64,000 nt of DNA, taken from NCBI GenBank assembly GCA_963786935.1, contig CAWBAN010000001.1, positions 448,001-512,000 on the forward strand. Reading direction: 5' to 3'. The notes beneath the pieces are model-generated. The model was not told the DNA's origin and did no database searches. It saw nothing but the letters and a program-made list of their open reading frames with translations. Shown in pieces: positions 19,219-28,367 of the stretch. Each line of letters starts with the position of its first letter. Within the stretch, counting starts at the first letter, position 1. Made by a program: the position numbers and the translations under genes. The DNA is from an uncultured bacterium (GTDB lineage Bacteria; Krumholzibacteriota; Krumholzibacteriia; Krumholzibacteriales; Krumholzibacteriaceae).

Positions 19219-20103
19219 ATGATCACCGCACTGGCCGCGGCCAAGATTAACCTCTTTCTCGACGTCCTCCGCCGCAGGGAAGACGGCTATCACGACATCG
19301 AAACGCTCTACCAGCCCGTGTCGCTCTGGGACGAGCTCACGTTCGAGCGGACGCCGGAGCGCATCGAGATTTCCGGCGACGATCCGTCTATTCCGTGGAA
19401 CGAGGACAATCTCTGCCACCGAGCGGCGAGGCTCGTTCTCGAAAGGTCCGGAGCGAAGGGAGGGGTGCGGATCGCCGTCTCGAAGGGGATTCCTTCGGGG
19501 GCGGGGCTCGGCGGGGGGAGCTCCGACGCCGCCGCGACGCTCCTCGCTCTGAACGAGCTCTTCCGATGCGGTCTTTCGAACGCGGAGCTTCGGGAGCTTG
19601 CCCTCGAGATCGGGGCCGACGTGCCGTTTTTCGTCTTCGGCGCTCCCGCGATCGGCCGCGGCAGGGGGGAGATTCTCGAGGCGGCGCCTGGACTCGCCGG
19701 AGGCTGGATTTTAATCGTCAAGCCTGATGTAACTGTTTCCACGAGCTGGGCTTATCGCAATTTCAATTTCATGTTGACAACGAATAAAGGCGGAGCTACA
19801 CTTACAGCGCTAATTGAAGGAATACAGAGGTTTCCGGCGATGAAGCTGGAGACTCGCAATAGTTTTGAAGCGGGCGTCGTGGAGCGTTTTCCCGGGATTG
19901 CGGGGATTCTTGCCGCGCTGAAGAGGGAAGGGTCCATATTGAGTTCCCTGAGCGGCAGCGGCTCGGCCTGCTTTGGAATCTTTGAAGTGGAAGGCAGAGC
20001 AAAGGAGGTCATGGAGCGGTTCGACGGCGAAGGTCTTTTCACCCGACTCGTTCAGCCTGTAGAGCGGGCCGTCCGTATTTCGGCCTCGGAGCGGCCGAGG
20101 TAA
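19219..20103 (+). CDS. ispE: 4-diphosphocytidyl-2-C-methyl-D-erythritol kinase
   Basis: AKINLFL, GYHDIET, IPSGAGLGGGSSDAA, GADVPFF, LSGSGS. Confidence 0.97.
   Translation: MITALAAAKINLFLDVLRRREDGYHDIETLYQPVSLWDELTFERTPERIEISGDDPSIPWNEDNLCHRAARLVLERSGAKGGVRIAVSKGIPSGAGLGGGSSDAAATLLALNELFRCGLSNAELRELALEIGADVPFFVFGAPAIGRGRGEILEAAPGLAGGWILIVKPDVTVSTSWAYRNFNFMLTTNKGGATLTALIEGIQRFPAMKLETRNSFEAGVVERFPGIAGILAALKREGSILSSLSGSGSACFGIFEVEGRAKEVMERFDGEGLFTRLVQPVERAVRISASERPR
19774..19802 (+). promoter_or_regulatory. Strong internal promoter inside ispE, likely driving spoVG-tRNA-prs-rplY-pth
   Basis: TTGACA-N17-TACACT with an AT-rich upstream tract. Confidence 0.6.
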
Positions 20104-20120
20104 GCGTCTAGGGGGGGAAC

Positions 20121-20420
20121 ATGGAGATCACTGAGATTCGGATTTCTCTCAGGACTGACAACAAGCTCAAGGCATTCGCGAGCATCACGCTCGATGATCG
20201 CTTCGTGATCCGGGGACTCAAGATTATCGAGGGCGCGAAGGGCGTTTTCGTGGCGATGCCGAGCCGCAAACGGCCCGACGGCACGTTCCAGGATATCGCC
20301 CATCCGATCAACAATGAGACCCGCGCGTGGATGGAGCAGCAGGTCATCGCCGCGTACCATCAGGAGAAGGAGAAGATGGCCTCCGAAGCGGGCGTCGAGG
20401 TATCGACGGAGATGGATTAG
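20121..20420 (+). CDS. spoVG: SpoVG-family nucleic-acid-binding protein
   Basis: [37 protein letters not shown]. Confidence 0.95.
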   Translation: MEITEIRISLRTDNKLKAFASITLDDRFVIRGLKIIEGAKGVFVAMPSRKRPDGTFQDIAHPINNETRAWMEQQVIAAYHQEKEKMASEAGVEVSTEMD

Positions 20421-20452
20421 CGGAAAGGAAGAGAAAGGCTCCACATATCGGC

Positions 20453-20526
20453 TGGGGCGTCGTCAAGCGGCAAGACACGGGACTTTGGATCCTGGATCGG
20501 AGGTTCGAATCCTCCCGCCCCAACCA
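20453..20526 (+). tRNA. tRNA-Gln (anticodon TTG)
   Basis: Acceptor stem TGGGGCG/CGCCCCA, anticodon loop CTTTGGA, GGTTCGAATCC T-arm, encoded CCA. Confidence 0.95.
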
Positions 20527-20585
20527 CCATGGTCGCTGGAAGGGTGGCCGCTTCGGTCACCATTACTTTTATGGAGGGAATCGGG

Positions 20586-21521
20586 ATGAACTATGAGCTC
20601 AAGCTGATCGCGGGGACGGCGAATCCCGAGCTCGGGCAGAAGATATCGGAGTATCTCGGCGTGCCGCTCTGCGGGGTCGAGATCGGGCACTTCACCGACG
20701 GCGAGCTCCGCGTGCATATCCTCGACAACATCCGCGGCAGGGACATCTTCATCATCCAGCCGACGTTCGCTCCCGCGGACAACCTGCTCGAGCTCCTCCT
20801 GATCATCGACGCGTGCCGCCGCGCCTCCGCCCACCGCACGACCGCGGTCATCCCGTACTACGGTTACGCCCGGCAGGATCGCAAGGATCAGCCCCGGGTT
20901 CCCATATCGGCGAAGCTCGTCGCCAACCTCATCACCACCGCGGGCGCGGACCGCGTCCTCGCCCTCGAACTGCACGCGGCCCAGATTCAGGGATTTTTCG
21001 ACATACAGGTCGATAATCTTTTTGCGGCGCCGGTCCTCTTTGAATATATTCGGGGGAAGAAATTGCGGAATATCACGGTCGTTTCGCCCGACGTCGGCGG
21101 GATCAAGATGGGCAGGTCCTTCGCGAAGCGCCTCGGCGCCAACCTGGCCATCGTCGACAAGCGGCGGACCTCCGCGGATAAATCCGAAGCCATGAATATC
21201 ATCGGCGAGGTCGCCGGAAGCGACATCGTCATTCTCGATGATATCATCAGCACGGCCGGGACGATCACGCAGGCCGCCGAGGTTTTGAAAGCCGCGGGCG
21301 CGGGGAAGATCATCGCCGCCGCCACGCATCCCGTCTTCTCGGGGAGCGCGTTCGAGAAGATCGAGCGCTCGCCGATCGAGGAGGTCATCGTGACCAACTC
21401 GATCCCGGTCCATGACGGCGTGCCGTGCAGCAAGATCAAGGTTCTCGACGTATCGCCCCTCCTCGGCGAGGCGATACGGCGGATCCATACGGGAGAATCG
21501 ATCAGCAATCTTTTTGTGTAA
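20586..21521 (+). CDS. prs: Ribose-phosphate pyrophosphokinase
   Basis: PYYGYARQDRK, VVSPDVGG, DDIISTAGT. Confidence 0.98.
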   Translation: MNYELKLIAGTANPELGQKISEYLGVPLCGVEIGHFTDGELRVHILDNIRGRDIFIIQPTFAPADNLLELLLIIDACRRASAHRTTAVIPYYGYARQDRKDQPRVPISAKLVANLITTAGADRVLALELHAAQIQGFFDIQVDNLFAAPVLFEYIRGKKLRNITVVSPDVGGIKMGRSFAKRLGANLAIVDKRRTSADKSEAMNIIGEVAGSDIVILDDIISTAGTITQAAEVLKAAGAGKIIAAATHPVFSGSAFEKIERSPIEEVIVTNSIPVHDGVPCSKIKVLDVSPLLGEAIRRIHTGESISNLFV

Positions 21522-21535
21522 CGCTGGAGGACGTC

Positions 21536-22288
21536 ATGCAGAAGCCCAAATTGAATTCACACATTCGCACGGGAGCCGGCAAGGAAGGCGCGAAGCGTCT
21601 CCGCGCGGCCGGCGAGATTCCCGCAATCCTGTACGGGCACAAGCGCGAGCCCGTGTCCCTCGCCGTGTCCCAGAAGGACATCTGGCACATCCTGCACACG
21701 GCGACGAGCGAGCACATGATCCTGAGCCTCGACGTCGAGGGCTCGAGCGAGGGATCGATTCTCACGCTCGTGCGGGACATCCAGCATCATCCGGTGTCCG
21801 GTGACGTGCTCCACATCGATCTTCAGAGGATTTCGGTCGACGAGAAGCTCCATATCGGCGTGCCCATCGAGCTCGCCGGCCAGGCGAAGGGCGTCAAGGA
21901 CGAGGGGGGCGTGCTCGATCACGGTATCCGCGAGATAACCCTCAACGTGAAGCCGATGGAGATTCCGGAAAAGGTCTCGATCGACATCTCGCACCTCGAG
22001 ATCGGCGATTCGGTTCACGTTTCCGATCTCATCGCGCTCTATCCCGATCTCGAGATCGTCGACGATCCGCACGTGACGATCGCGCACGTGTCCGCGCCGA
22101 AGAAGCTCGAAGCGCTCATTCCGGAGCCGGGAACCCCCGCCGCGGCGGCGGTCGCGCCGGAGGAGGAAGGGGCCGAGGGCGAAGAGGGAGCGGAAGGCGG
22201 CGAGGGAGCGGAAGAGGGCAAGGGCAAGGAAAAAGACAAAGAAAAGGGCAAAGAGAAGGAAGAGAAAAAAGAGAAGAAAGGGAAGTAG
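21536..22288 (+). CDS. rplY: 50S ribosomal protein L25/Ctc (long form)
   Basis: RLRAAGEIPAILYG, QHHPV..HIDL, GVKDEGG; acidic then Lys/Glu-rich tail. Confidence 0.95.
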   Translation: MQKPKLNSHIRTGAGKEGAKRLRAAGEIPAILYGHKREPVSLAVSQKDIWHILHTATSEHMILSLDVEGSSEGSILTLVRDIQHHPVSGDVLHIDLQRISVDEKLHIGVPIELAGQAKGVKDEGGVLDHGIREITLNVKPMEIPEKVSIDISHLEIGDSVHVSDLIALYPDLEIVDDPHVTIAHVSAPKKLEALIPEPGTPAAAAVAPEEEGAEGEEGAEGGEGAEEGKGKEKDKEKGKEKEEKKEKKGK

Positions 22289-22297
22289 CGCTTCTCC

Positions 22298-22906
22298 ATG
22301 TCGGAGGTCGCAATCATCTGCGGGCTCGGCAATCCGGGCCCGCAGTACCGCTCGAACAGGCATAATCTCGGATTTCTGGCGCTCGACGTACTGTCGCGGC
22401 GCCATTCGCTTTCGTGGAGCCGCGCGGCGGGCCCCGCGCAGGTCGCGCGCTGGCGCGCCGCCGGTCGCGACATCACGCTCCTCAAGCCCCTCACCTTCAT
22501 GAACGAATCCGGCGCGGCGCTCGCGAAGCACCGGGGCGCCTCGAGCGACGGGATCCTCGTCGTGTGCGACGACCTGAACCTGCCGCTGGGCGCGGTCAGG
22601 ATCCGCCCGCGCGGCGGGGGCGGGGGGCACAAGGGGCTCGAATCGATCATCGAGCGCCTCGGCACGTCCGATTTCCCGCGGATGCGACTCGGCGTCGGGG
22701 GGGCGCCGCCGGGGATCGACTGGGTGGAGTTCGTTCTGTCCGATTTCGGTCCGGAGGAGGGCGAGGCGGTCGCCGCCCTCGTCGAGACGGCGTCGGACGC
22801 GATCGAAATGGCGGTCCGGCGGGGGCTCGACGCCGCGATGAGCCGCTACAACTCTCCCGCGCCGGCGGGGGAGGATGGGCCCGGGGGGCAATCAGGCTCC
22901 CCTTGA
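22298..22906 (+). CDS. pth: Peptidyl-tRNA hydrolase
   Basis: GLGNPG..Y..NRHNLGF, KPLTFMNESG, GGHKGLESI. Confidence 0.96.
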   Translation: MSEVAIICGLGNPGPQYRSNRHNLGFLALDVLSRRHSLSWSRAAGPAQVARWRAAGRDITLLKPLTFMNESGAALAKHRGASSDGILVVCDDLNLPLGAVRIRPRGGGGGHKGLESIIERLGTSDFPRMRLGVGGAPPGIDWVEFVLSDFGPEEGEAVAALVETASDAIEMAVRRGLDAAMSRYNSPAPAGEDGPGGQSGSP

Positions 22907-22931
22907 CCGGCCGCGACCGGCGTGCTATATT
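22903..22931 (+). promoter_or_regulatory. Promoter for rpsF-rpsR-rplI
   Basis: TTGACC-N17-TATATT with TGn extension; the -35 contains the pth TGA stop. Confidence 0.6.
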
Positions 22932-22968
22932 TCACCCGCTTACGGCGGAAGCACCAACGGCCGTAATT

Positions 22969-23030
22969 AATCCCTGCCTTCACGGCGGTCACCCCGTTCG
23001 ATGAAGGCCATTTCAAGTCCGAAGGGAGGA
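22969..23030 (+). ncRNA. S6:S18 ribosomal protein leader (rpsF 5' UTR)
   Basis: tccct pairs with the SD-containing aggga; inner stem gccttca/tgaaggc; unpaired CCG just before the SD strand, matching the known CCR-motif architecture. Confidence 0.7.
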
Positions 23031-23038
23031 ACTCATCT

Positions 23039-23368
23039 ATGCGGGCGTACGAGTGTATCTACATTCTGAACCCGTCCCTCGACGAGCAAGCGGTCAAGGA
23101 CAAAGCGGTCAAGTACGGCGAGATCGTCGCGACCCGTCAGGGGCAGGTCACGAGCGTCGAGCAGTGGGGCAAGCGCCGGCTCGCCTACCCGATCAACAAG
23201 ATCTTCGAGGGATACTACACCTTCATGCGTTTCACGGGGGACACCGAGATCCTGAAGGAGCTCGGCCGGGTGTTCCGTTTCGACGAAGCGGTGGTCCGCC
23301 ACCTCATCGTCGTCGAGGAGCGTCCGAAGAAGGCGGAAGCGCCGAAGACGCCCGCAGAGGGGAAGTGA
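23039..23368 (+). CDS. rpsF: 30S ribosomal protein S6
   Basis: MRAYE..YIL.P, WGKRRLAYPI. Confidence 0.97.
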   Translation: MRAYECIYILNPSLDEQAVKDKAVKYGEIVATRQGQVTSVEQWGKRRLAYPINKIFEGYYTFMRFTGDTEILKELGRVFRFDEAVVRHLIVVEERPKKAEAPKTPAEGK

Positions 23369-23374
23369 GGAACC

Positions 23375-23653
23375 ATGGCGATGAACGATAAACGAGGGGA
23401 CCGGAAGAACGACAAGCGGAAGAAAAAAGAGAAGCGGATGCTTCCGACCAAGCCGTGCAGATTCTGCATGGACGATCTCCCGATCGATTACAAGGACCAA
23501 TCGTTTTTGAGCCGCTTCATCACCGAGCGCGGCAAGATGACGCCGCGGCGGATCACGGGAACCTGCGCGTGGCACCAGCGGGCGCTCGCGCGGGCCATCA
23601 AGCGGGCGCGCTCGATCGCGCTCCTGCCCTATGTGAGAGAGTATTTTCGCTAA
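23375..23653 (+). CDS. rpsR: 30S ribosomal protein S18 (Zn-binding C+ form)
   Basis: [30 protein letters not shown]. Confidence 0.97.
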   Translation: MAMNDKRGDRKNDKRKKKEKRMLPTKPCRFCMDDLPIDYKDQSFLSRFITERGKMTPRRITGTCAWHQRALARAIKRARSIALLPYVREYFR

Positions 23654-23675
23654 AGCAGGCTAAAGGGAGATTTGT

Positions 23676-24119
23676 ATGGAAGTGATCCTCAGACAGAAGG
23701 TTCAGGGATTGGGAGACCGGGGGGACGTCGTCAAGGTCAAGGAAGGATACGCGCGGAACTACCTGTTCCCGAAGCGCCTCGCCCTCGCCTCGACGCCGGG
23801 CCAGAAGCGCGTGCTCGAAGAGGAGACCCGCCTCCACGGCGTTCGGGACGTGAAGCTCAAGCAGAGTGTCCAGGCCGTCGCCGAGAAGATGAAGGGCCTT
23901 TCCTGCACGCTCGTCGTGCAGGCGGGGGAAGAGGACAAGCTCTACGGCTCCGTCACCGGGCATGACATCGCGAAGGCGATTTCGGATCAGGGATTCGCGA
24001 TCGACCACAAGCAGGTCGAGCTCGAGGAGCCGATCAAGAAGCTCGGCGTCTATTCGGTGAACGTCAGGCTTCACCGCGAGGTCGAGGTTCCGGTCAAGAT
24101 CTGGGTCGTGAAGGAATAA
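23676..24119 (+). CDS. rplI: 50S ribosomal protein L9
   Basis: LG..GDVVKVK.GYARNYLFP, KLYGSVT, PIKKLG. Confidence 0.97.
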   Translation: MEVILRQKVQGLGDRGDVVKVKEGYARNYLFPKRLALASTPGQKRVLEEETRLHGVRDVKLKQSVQAVAEKMKGLSCTLVVQAGEEDKLYGSVTGHDIAKAISDQGFAIDHKQVELEEPIKKLGVYSVNVRLHREVEVPVKIWVVKE

Positions 24120-24149
24120 CGCCGTCGTTCCTCGAACGGGAGGACCGAT

Positions 24150-25523
24150 ATCAACATTCCGGCTCATATTTTCAGGGAGTACGATATCCGGGGCGTCGTC
24201 GGCGTCGATCTGACGGAGGATCGCGTCCGGCGTCTCGGGCTCGCCGCGGCCGCGACGTTCGCGCGAGAGGGCATCCGCGAGGCCGTCGTCGGCAGGGACG
24301 TCCGCCCGAGCAGCGATTCGTTCTTTGAAGCGCTCGCCGGCGGGCTGACGGCGGGAGGCGTATCGGTCATCGACATCGGGGTCGTTCCGACCCCGGTGTT
24401 CTATTTCGCCGCGAAGAAGTGGGGCATCCGGGGCGGGGTCATGATCACGGCGAGCCACAATCCGAGCGAATTCAACGGATTCAAGGTGCTCCGCGGCGAG
24501 GGCACGATCTACGGGGCCGACATCCTCGCCCTCAGGGACGTCGCGCTCGGGAGCCTACCGGAGCCGGGGGGCGGCCGCGTGACCCGCCGGGAGGCCGTCG
24601 CCGAGTACGTGGAGCGCGTGGCGGGGGGCATCTCGCTCGCGCGCCCGGTCTCCTTCGCCGTCGACGGGGGGAACGGCACCGCGGGGCTCGTCACCGGAGC
24701 GCTCTTCGCGAAGCTCGGCGTGAAGCCGCTCGAGCTCTTCATGGAGCCCGACGGCACCTTCCCCAACCACCATCCCGATCCGACCGTTCCGAAGAATCTC
24801 GTCGCGCTCACGGCGGCCGTGCTCGCGAACAAGCTCGAGCTCGGCGTCGCGTTCGACGGCGACAGCGATCGGATCGGCGTCATCGACGACCGCGGCGAGA
24901 TCCTCTGGGGAGACCGCCTGCTCGCGCTCTTCGCCCGCGGCGTGCTGCGGGAGCATCCCGGCGCGACGGTCATCTTCGAGGTCAAATGCTCCGAGAGCCT
25001 CATCGAGGATATCGCGCGGCACGGCGGGAAGCCGCTCATGTGGAAGGCGGGGCATTCGCTCATCAAGCAGAAGATGCGGGAGACGAACGCGCTCCTGGCG
25101 GGCGAGATGAGCGGCCACATCTTCTTCGCGGATCGATATTACGGGTACGACGACGCGCTGTACGCGGCGTGCCGGCTCCTCGAGATCGTCTCGGCGGCGG
25201 GCGCGCCGCTGAGCGACCTCCTCTCGGATCTCGCGCGGTACGAGACGACGCCCGAGATCCGCGTCGAGTGCGAGGACGATCGAAAGTTCGACGTCGTGCG
25301 GAGCGTGCGGGATCATTTCCGGAAGACGCACGAGGTCATCGACGTCGACGGCGCGCGCGTCAAATTCGACGGCGGCTGGGGCCTCGTGCGGGCCTCGAAC
25401 ACGCAGCCCGCGCTCGTGCTGCGTTTCGAGGCGTCGACGAAGGAGCGCCTCGACGCGATCAGGAACGAAGTCGCGCTCGTGCTCGGCCGCTTCGTCGACG
25501 TCTCCCCGCTCACGGGGGCGTGA
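24150..25523 (+). CDS. Phosphomannomutase/phosphoglucomutase (AlgC-like), apparent ATC start
   Basis: The IFREYDIRG N-terminus lies upstream of the first canonical start (24396); ITASHNP, FDGDSDR, GEMSGH, RASNTQP; GGGAGG SD 6 nt before ATC 24150. Confidence 0.9.
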   Translation: MNIPAHIFREYDIRGVVGVDLTEDRVRRLGLAAAATFAREGIREAVVGRDVRPSSDSFFEALAGGLTAGGVSVIDIGVVPTPVFYFAAKKWGIRGGVMITASHNPSEFNGFKVLRGEGTIYGADILALRDVALGSLPEPGGGRVTRREAVAEYVERVAGGISLARPVSFAVDGGNGTAGLVTGALFAKLGVKPLELFMEPDGTFPNHHPDPTVPKNLVALTAAVLANKLELGVAFDGDSDRIGVIDDRGEILWGDRLLALFARGVLREHPGATVIFEVKCSESLIEDIARHGGKPLMWKAGHSLIKQKMRETNALLAGEMSGHIFFADRYYGYDDALYAACRLLEIVSAAGAPLSDLLSDLARYETTPEIRVECEDDRKFDVVRSVRDHFRKTHEVIDVDGARVKFDGGWGLVRASNTQPALVLRFEASTKERLDAIRNEVALVLGRFVDVSPLTGA

Positions 25524-26616
25524 TGCTCATGTACGGTGTGATTCTGGCCGGCGGGAAGGGCACGAGGTTCTGGCCCGCGAGCCGCGCCGAAAAGCCCAAG
25601 CAGTTCCTCGACATCACCGGCGAGGGGAGCATGCTCGCGCTCACGTGGAAACGCCTCTCGGCGTTCATCCCGCCCGAGCGCATGATCGTGCTCACCGTGG
25701 AGACCCTCGTGCCCCTCGTCAGACGGGAGCTCCCCCTGCTCGGCGCCGATCATCTGTTCGTCGAGCCCGTCGGGCGCAACACGGCGCCGTCGATCGCGGT
25801 CGCCGCGGCGCTCGTCCGCCGGTTCGGCGGCGACGAGCCGTTCCTCGTCTGCCCGGCCGATCATTCGATCGCCGACGAGCGCGCGTTCAGGCGCGCCGTC
25901 CGCGCCGGTGCCGCCGTCGCCGCTGCGCGCGACGAGCTCGTCACCTTCGGCATCGTCCCCACCTTCCCTGCGACGGGATACGGATACATCGAAGCGGGGC
26001 GGGCGCTCGGGGGAGGGGGACCGCGCGGCGGGTGACGAAATTCCACGAAAAGCCAGACGCGAAGCGGGCGGCCGCCTACTGCAGGGCGCGGCGGTATTTC
26101 TGGAACAGCGGCATCTTCATCTGGCGCCCGTCGGTGTACCTCGAGGCGTGGTCGCGCTTCCTCCCCGGCGGCGCGCGTCCGCTCGCGGCGATCGAGCGCT
26201 CGCTCGGCGGCAGGTCCGCCCGGCGGATCGTCGAGCGCGAGTATCCGCGGATGCCGTCGATATCGGTGGACTACGGAATCCTCGAGAAGGCGCCGAACGT
26301 CGTCGTCGTTCCCGCCGATATCGGCTGGAGCGACGTCGGCTCGTGGGATTCCCTCTTCGATCTTCTTCGCGCCGACGGCCGCGGCAACGCGGGGGCCGGG
26401 CGTATGGAGATCGTCGATTCGCGGAACAATCTGCTGTTCAATCCCGGCGGCGTGACCGCCGCCGTCGGCGTCGACGATCTCATCGTCGTCGTCGACGGGC
26501 GGAGCGTGCTCGTGTGCAGGCGGGGCGAGAGCCAGCGCGTCCGTGAGATCGCCGAGCGCCTCGCGAAGGAGCGGCGGACACCGGGGCGCCGGACGGTTCG
26601 AAAGAGAATTTCATGA
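25523..26616 (+). pseudogene. manC: Mannose-1-phosphate guanylyltransferase split by a 1-nt frameshift in a G-rich run (about 26009-26030); may be intact in vivo
   Basis: ILAGGKGTRFWP..PKQF, EPVGRNTAP, PADH, GYGYIE in one frame (stop 26035); FHEKP, WNSGIF, SVDYGILEK, WSDVGSW in the -1 frame. Confidence 0.75.
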
Positions 26617-26642
26617 TCAGGGGCCGGTACAAGGAGGTACGA

Positions 26643-27866
26643 ATGTTCGCGAAGAGATCGTTCATGTTTCTGCTGATCGCGGGGTGCGCGATCGGGACGC
26701 TGACTTCCTGCTCGCGCGGCACCAAGGAGGACGGCCTCAAGGTGAAGAGCGGGCTCGCCGCGAGAGTCGGCGATATCAAGATCACCGATGAATTCATGCT
26801 CCGGACGTTCGAGGATCTGCCTCCGGAGCAGAAGAAGCAGTTCAAGGGGCCCGAGGCGCAGGCGAGATTCACCGAGCGGCTCATCGAGCAGCACCTCTTT
26901 TACCTCGCCGCGCTCGATGCGAAGCTCGACAAGAGCGAGGAGATGGAAGAGCGGCTCCGGTGGGTCACGATGAATATCCTCGTCGCCGAGTATTTCACGA
27001 AGAACGTCAGCGACAAGATCAAGATCGAGCCGAAGGAAATTGAGGAATACTACGCGTCGCATCCCCAGGAATTCGTTCAGGCCCCCGTCCTGCGCGCCCA
27101 GTATCTCTTCACGGCGGACAGCCTCAAGGCCGTGAATTGGAAGAAGCGTCTCGCGAAGGGCGAGGTGTTCACGAAGATCGCGGCCAAGGAATCGGAGGAC
27201 AAGGCGACCGCCCCGTCGGGCGGCGACGTCGGGTACTTCAACCCGGGCGGCTACATCAAGGGCGTCAGCGACGTCGAGGGATTCAGCAAGGCCGTCGAGA
27301 AGCTCGATCTCGGCGTGACGAGCGACATCGTGCGGCTCAGCAACGGATTCGCGATCATCAAGGTCACCGAGAAGAATGCGGCGAAAACGCAGACGCTCGA
27401 CGAGGCCCGGCGGACGATCGAGGGCAAGCTGCAGGCGCAGAAGACGGAGGAGGCCTACAAGGCGGCCGTCGCGGAGCTCTCGAAGAAGTACAAGCCGGAG
27501 AACTACGTCCAGGAGCGGCTCGACAAGACGAAGCGGACCGCCGAGGAGCTCTGGGAGATGGCCCAGATCGAGGGCGATGCGCGGAGCCGCATCCAGTACT
27601 ACCGCGACATCGTGAACCAGTATCCGGCCCATAAGAACGCGGCCGAAGCGCTTTTCATGATCGGATTCACGTACGCGGAGGAGCTCAAGGACTTCGTGCA
27701 GGCGCGCCGGACGTTCGACGAGCTCAAGCAGAAATACCCCGACAGCCCGATGCTCGAATCGGCGAAGTGGATGACCGAGAACATGGAGACGTCGCATCCG
27801 AAGATCGAGTCGCTCGAGGGGGTCCAGCAGCGCATGGAAGAGAACAAGACGGGAACGTCCAAGTAG
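26643..27866 (+). CDS. PrsA/SurA-like parvulin lipoprotein chaperone with C-terminal TPR
   Basis: Lipobox LTSC; F..IA..ESED....GGDVGYF rotamase motif; YP...AAEALF.IG TPR; AAGGAGG SD. Confidence 0.8.
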   Translation: MFAKRSFMFLLIAGCAIGTLTSCSRGTKEDGLKVKSGLAARVGDIKITDEFMLRTFEDLPPEQKKQFKGPEAQARFTERLIEQHLFYLAALDAKLDKSEEMEERLRWVTMNILVAEYFTKNVSDKIKIEPKEIEEYYASHPQEFVQAPVLRAQYLFTADSLKAVNWKKRLAKGEVFTKIAAKESEDKATAPSGGDVGYFNPGGYIKGVSDVEGFSKAVEKLDLGVTSDIVRLSNGFAIIKVTEKNAAKTQTLDEARRTIEGKLQAQKTEEAYKAAVAELSKKYKPENYVQERLDKTKRTAEELWEMAQIEGDARSRIQYYRDIVNQYPAHKNAAEALFMIGFTYAEELKDFVQARRTFDELKQKYPDSPMLESAKWMTENMETSHPKIESLEGVQQRMEENKTGTSK

Positions 27867-27872
27867 GGAGCG

Positions 27873-28358
27873 ATGATGGATCTCGTCGAGGTGTCGGTGC
27901 GCGGAATCGCGCTCGATGAGGAGCGCCGCCATCCGGTCGTCCTCCTCAAGGCGGACGAGGAGGAGGAGATTCTGCCGATCTGGATCGGCGCCGCCGAGGC
28001 GACGGCGATCTTCACCGCGGTCGCGGGCAAATCGTTCGAGCGCCCCATGACGCACGATCTCCTCGCAATCGTCGTCGACGTGCTCGGCGCGACGGTCGAG
28101 CGGATCGAGATCACGGGACTGCAGGCCGAGACGTACTTCGCGCGCATCGTGTTGAAGCGCGGCGACGACGTGTTCTACGTCGACGCGCGGCCGAGCGACT
28201 CGGTCGCGCTCGCCCTGCGGGCGGGTGCGCCGCTTTTCATCGAGCGGGACCTGTTCAACGCGCACAAGCGGAGCATCGATCTCGGTTCGGACGAGGACGA
28301 CGTGCGCAAGCGCCTCAAGGAGCTCGATCCGGGGAGCTTCGGCGATCTCGACGCGTAG
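27873..28358 (+). CDS. Bifunctional nuclease family protein (DUF151)
   Basis: LPIWIG..EA, RPMTHDLL, DARPSD..ALALR. Confidence 0.93.
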   Translation: MMDLVEVSVRGIALDEERRHPVVLLKADEEEEILPIWIGAAEATAIFTAVAGKSFERPMTHDLLAIVVDVLGATVERIEITGLQAETYFARIVLKRGDDVFYVDARPSDSVALALRAGAPLFIERDLFNAHKRSIDLGSDEDDVRKRLKELDPGSFGDLDA

Positions 28359-28367
28359 GAGGATACG

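Noticed and set aside
20453..20530. tRNA-Gln as an integration site
   Set aside because: No integrase or duplicated tRNA 3' end seen; the flanks are the conserved spoVG and prs genes
22160..22288. Purine-rich repetitive DNA at the rplY 3' end (and at the recA 5' end)
   Set aside because: Explained by low-complexity Glu/Gly/Lys protein tails; not an array
24117..24150. rplI-PMM read-through fusion (same frame)
   Set aside because: TAA is an efficient stop, and a good SD sits just before the PMM N-terminus, favouring independent initiation
26033..26035. TGA in manC as a selenocysteine codon (selA is nearby)
   Set aside because: Homology continues in a different frame, so this is a frameshift rather than read-through
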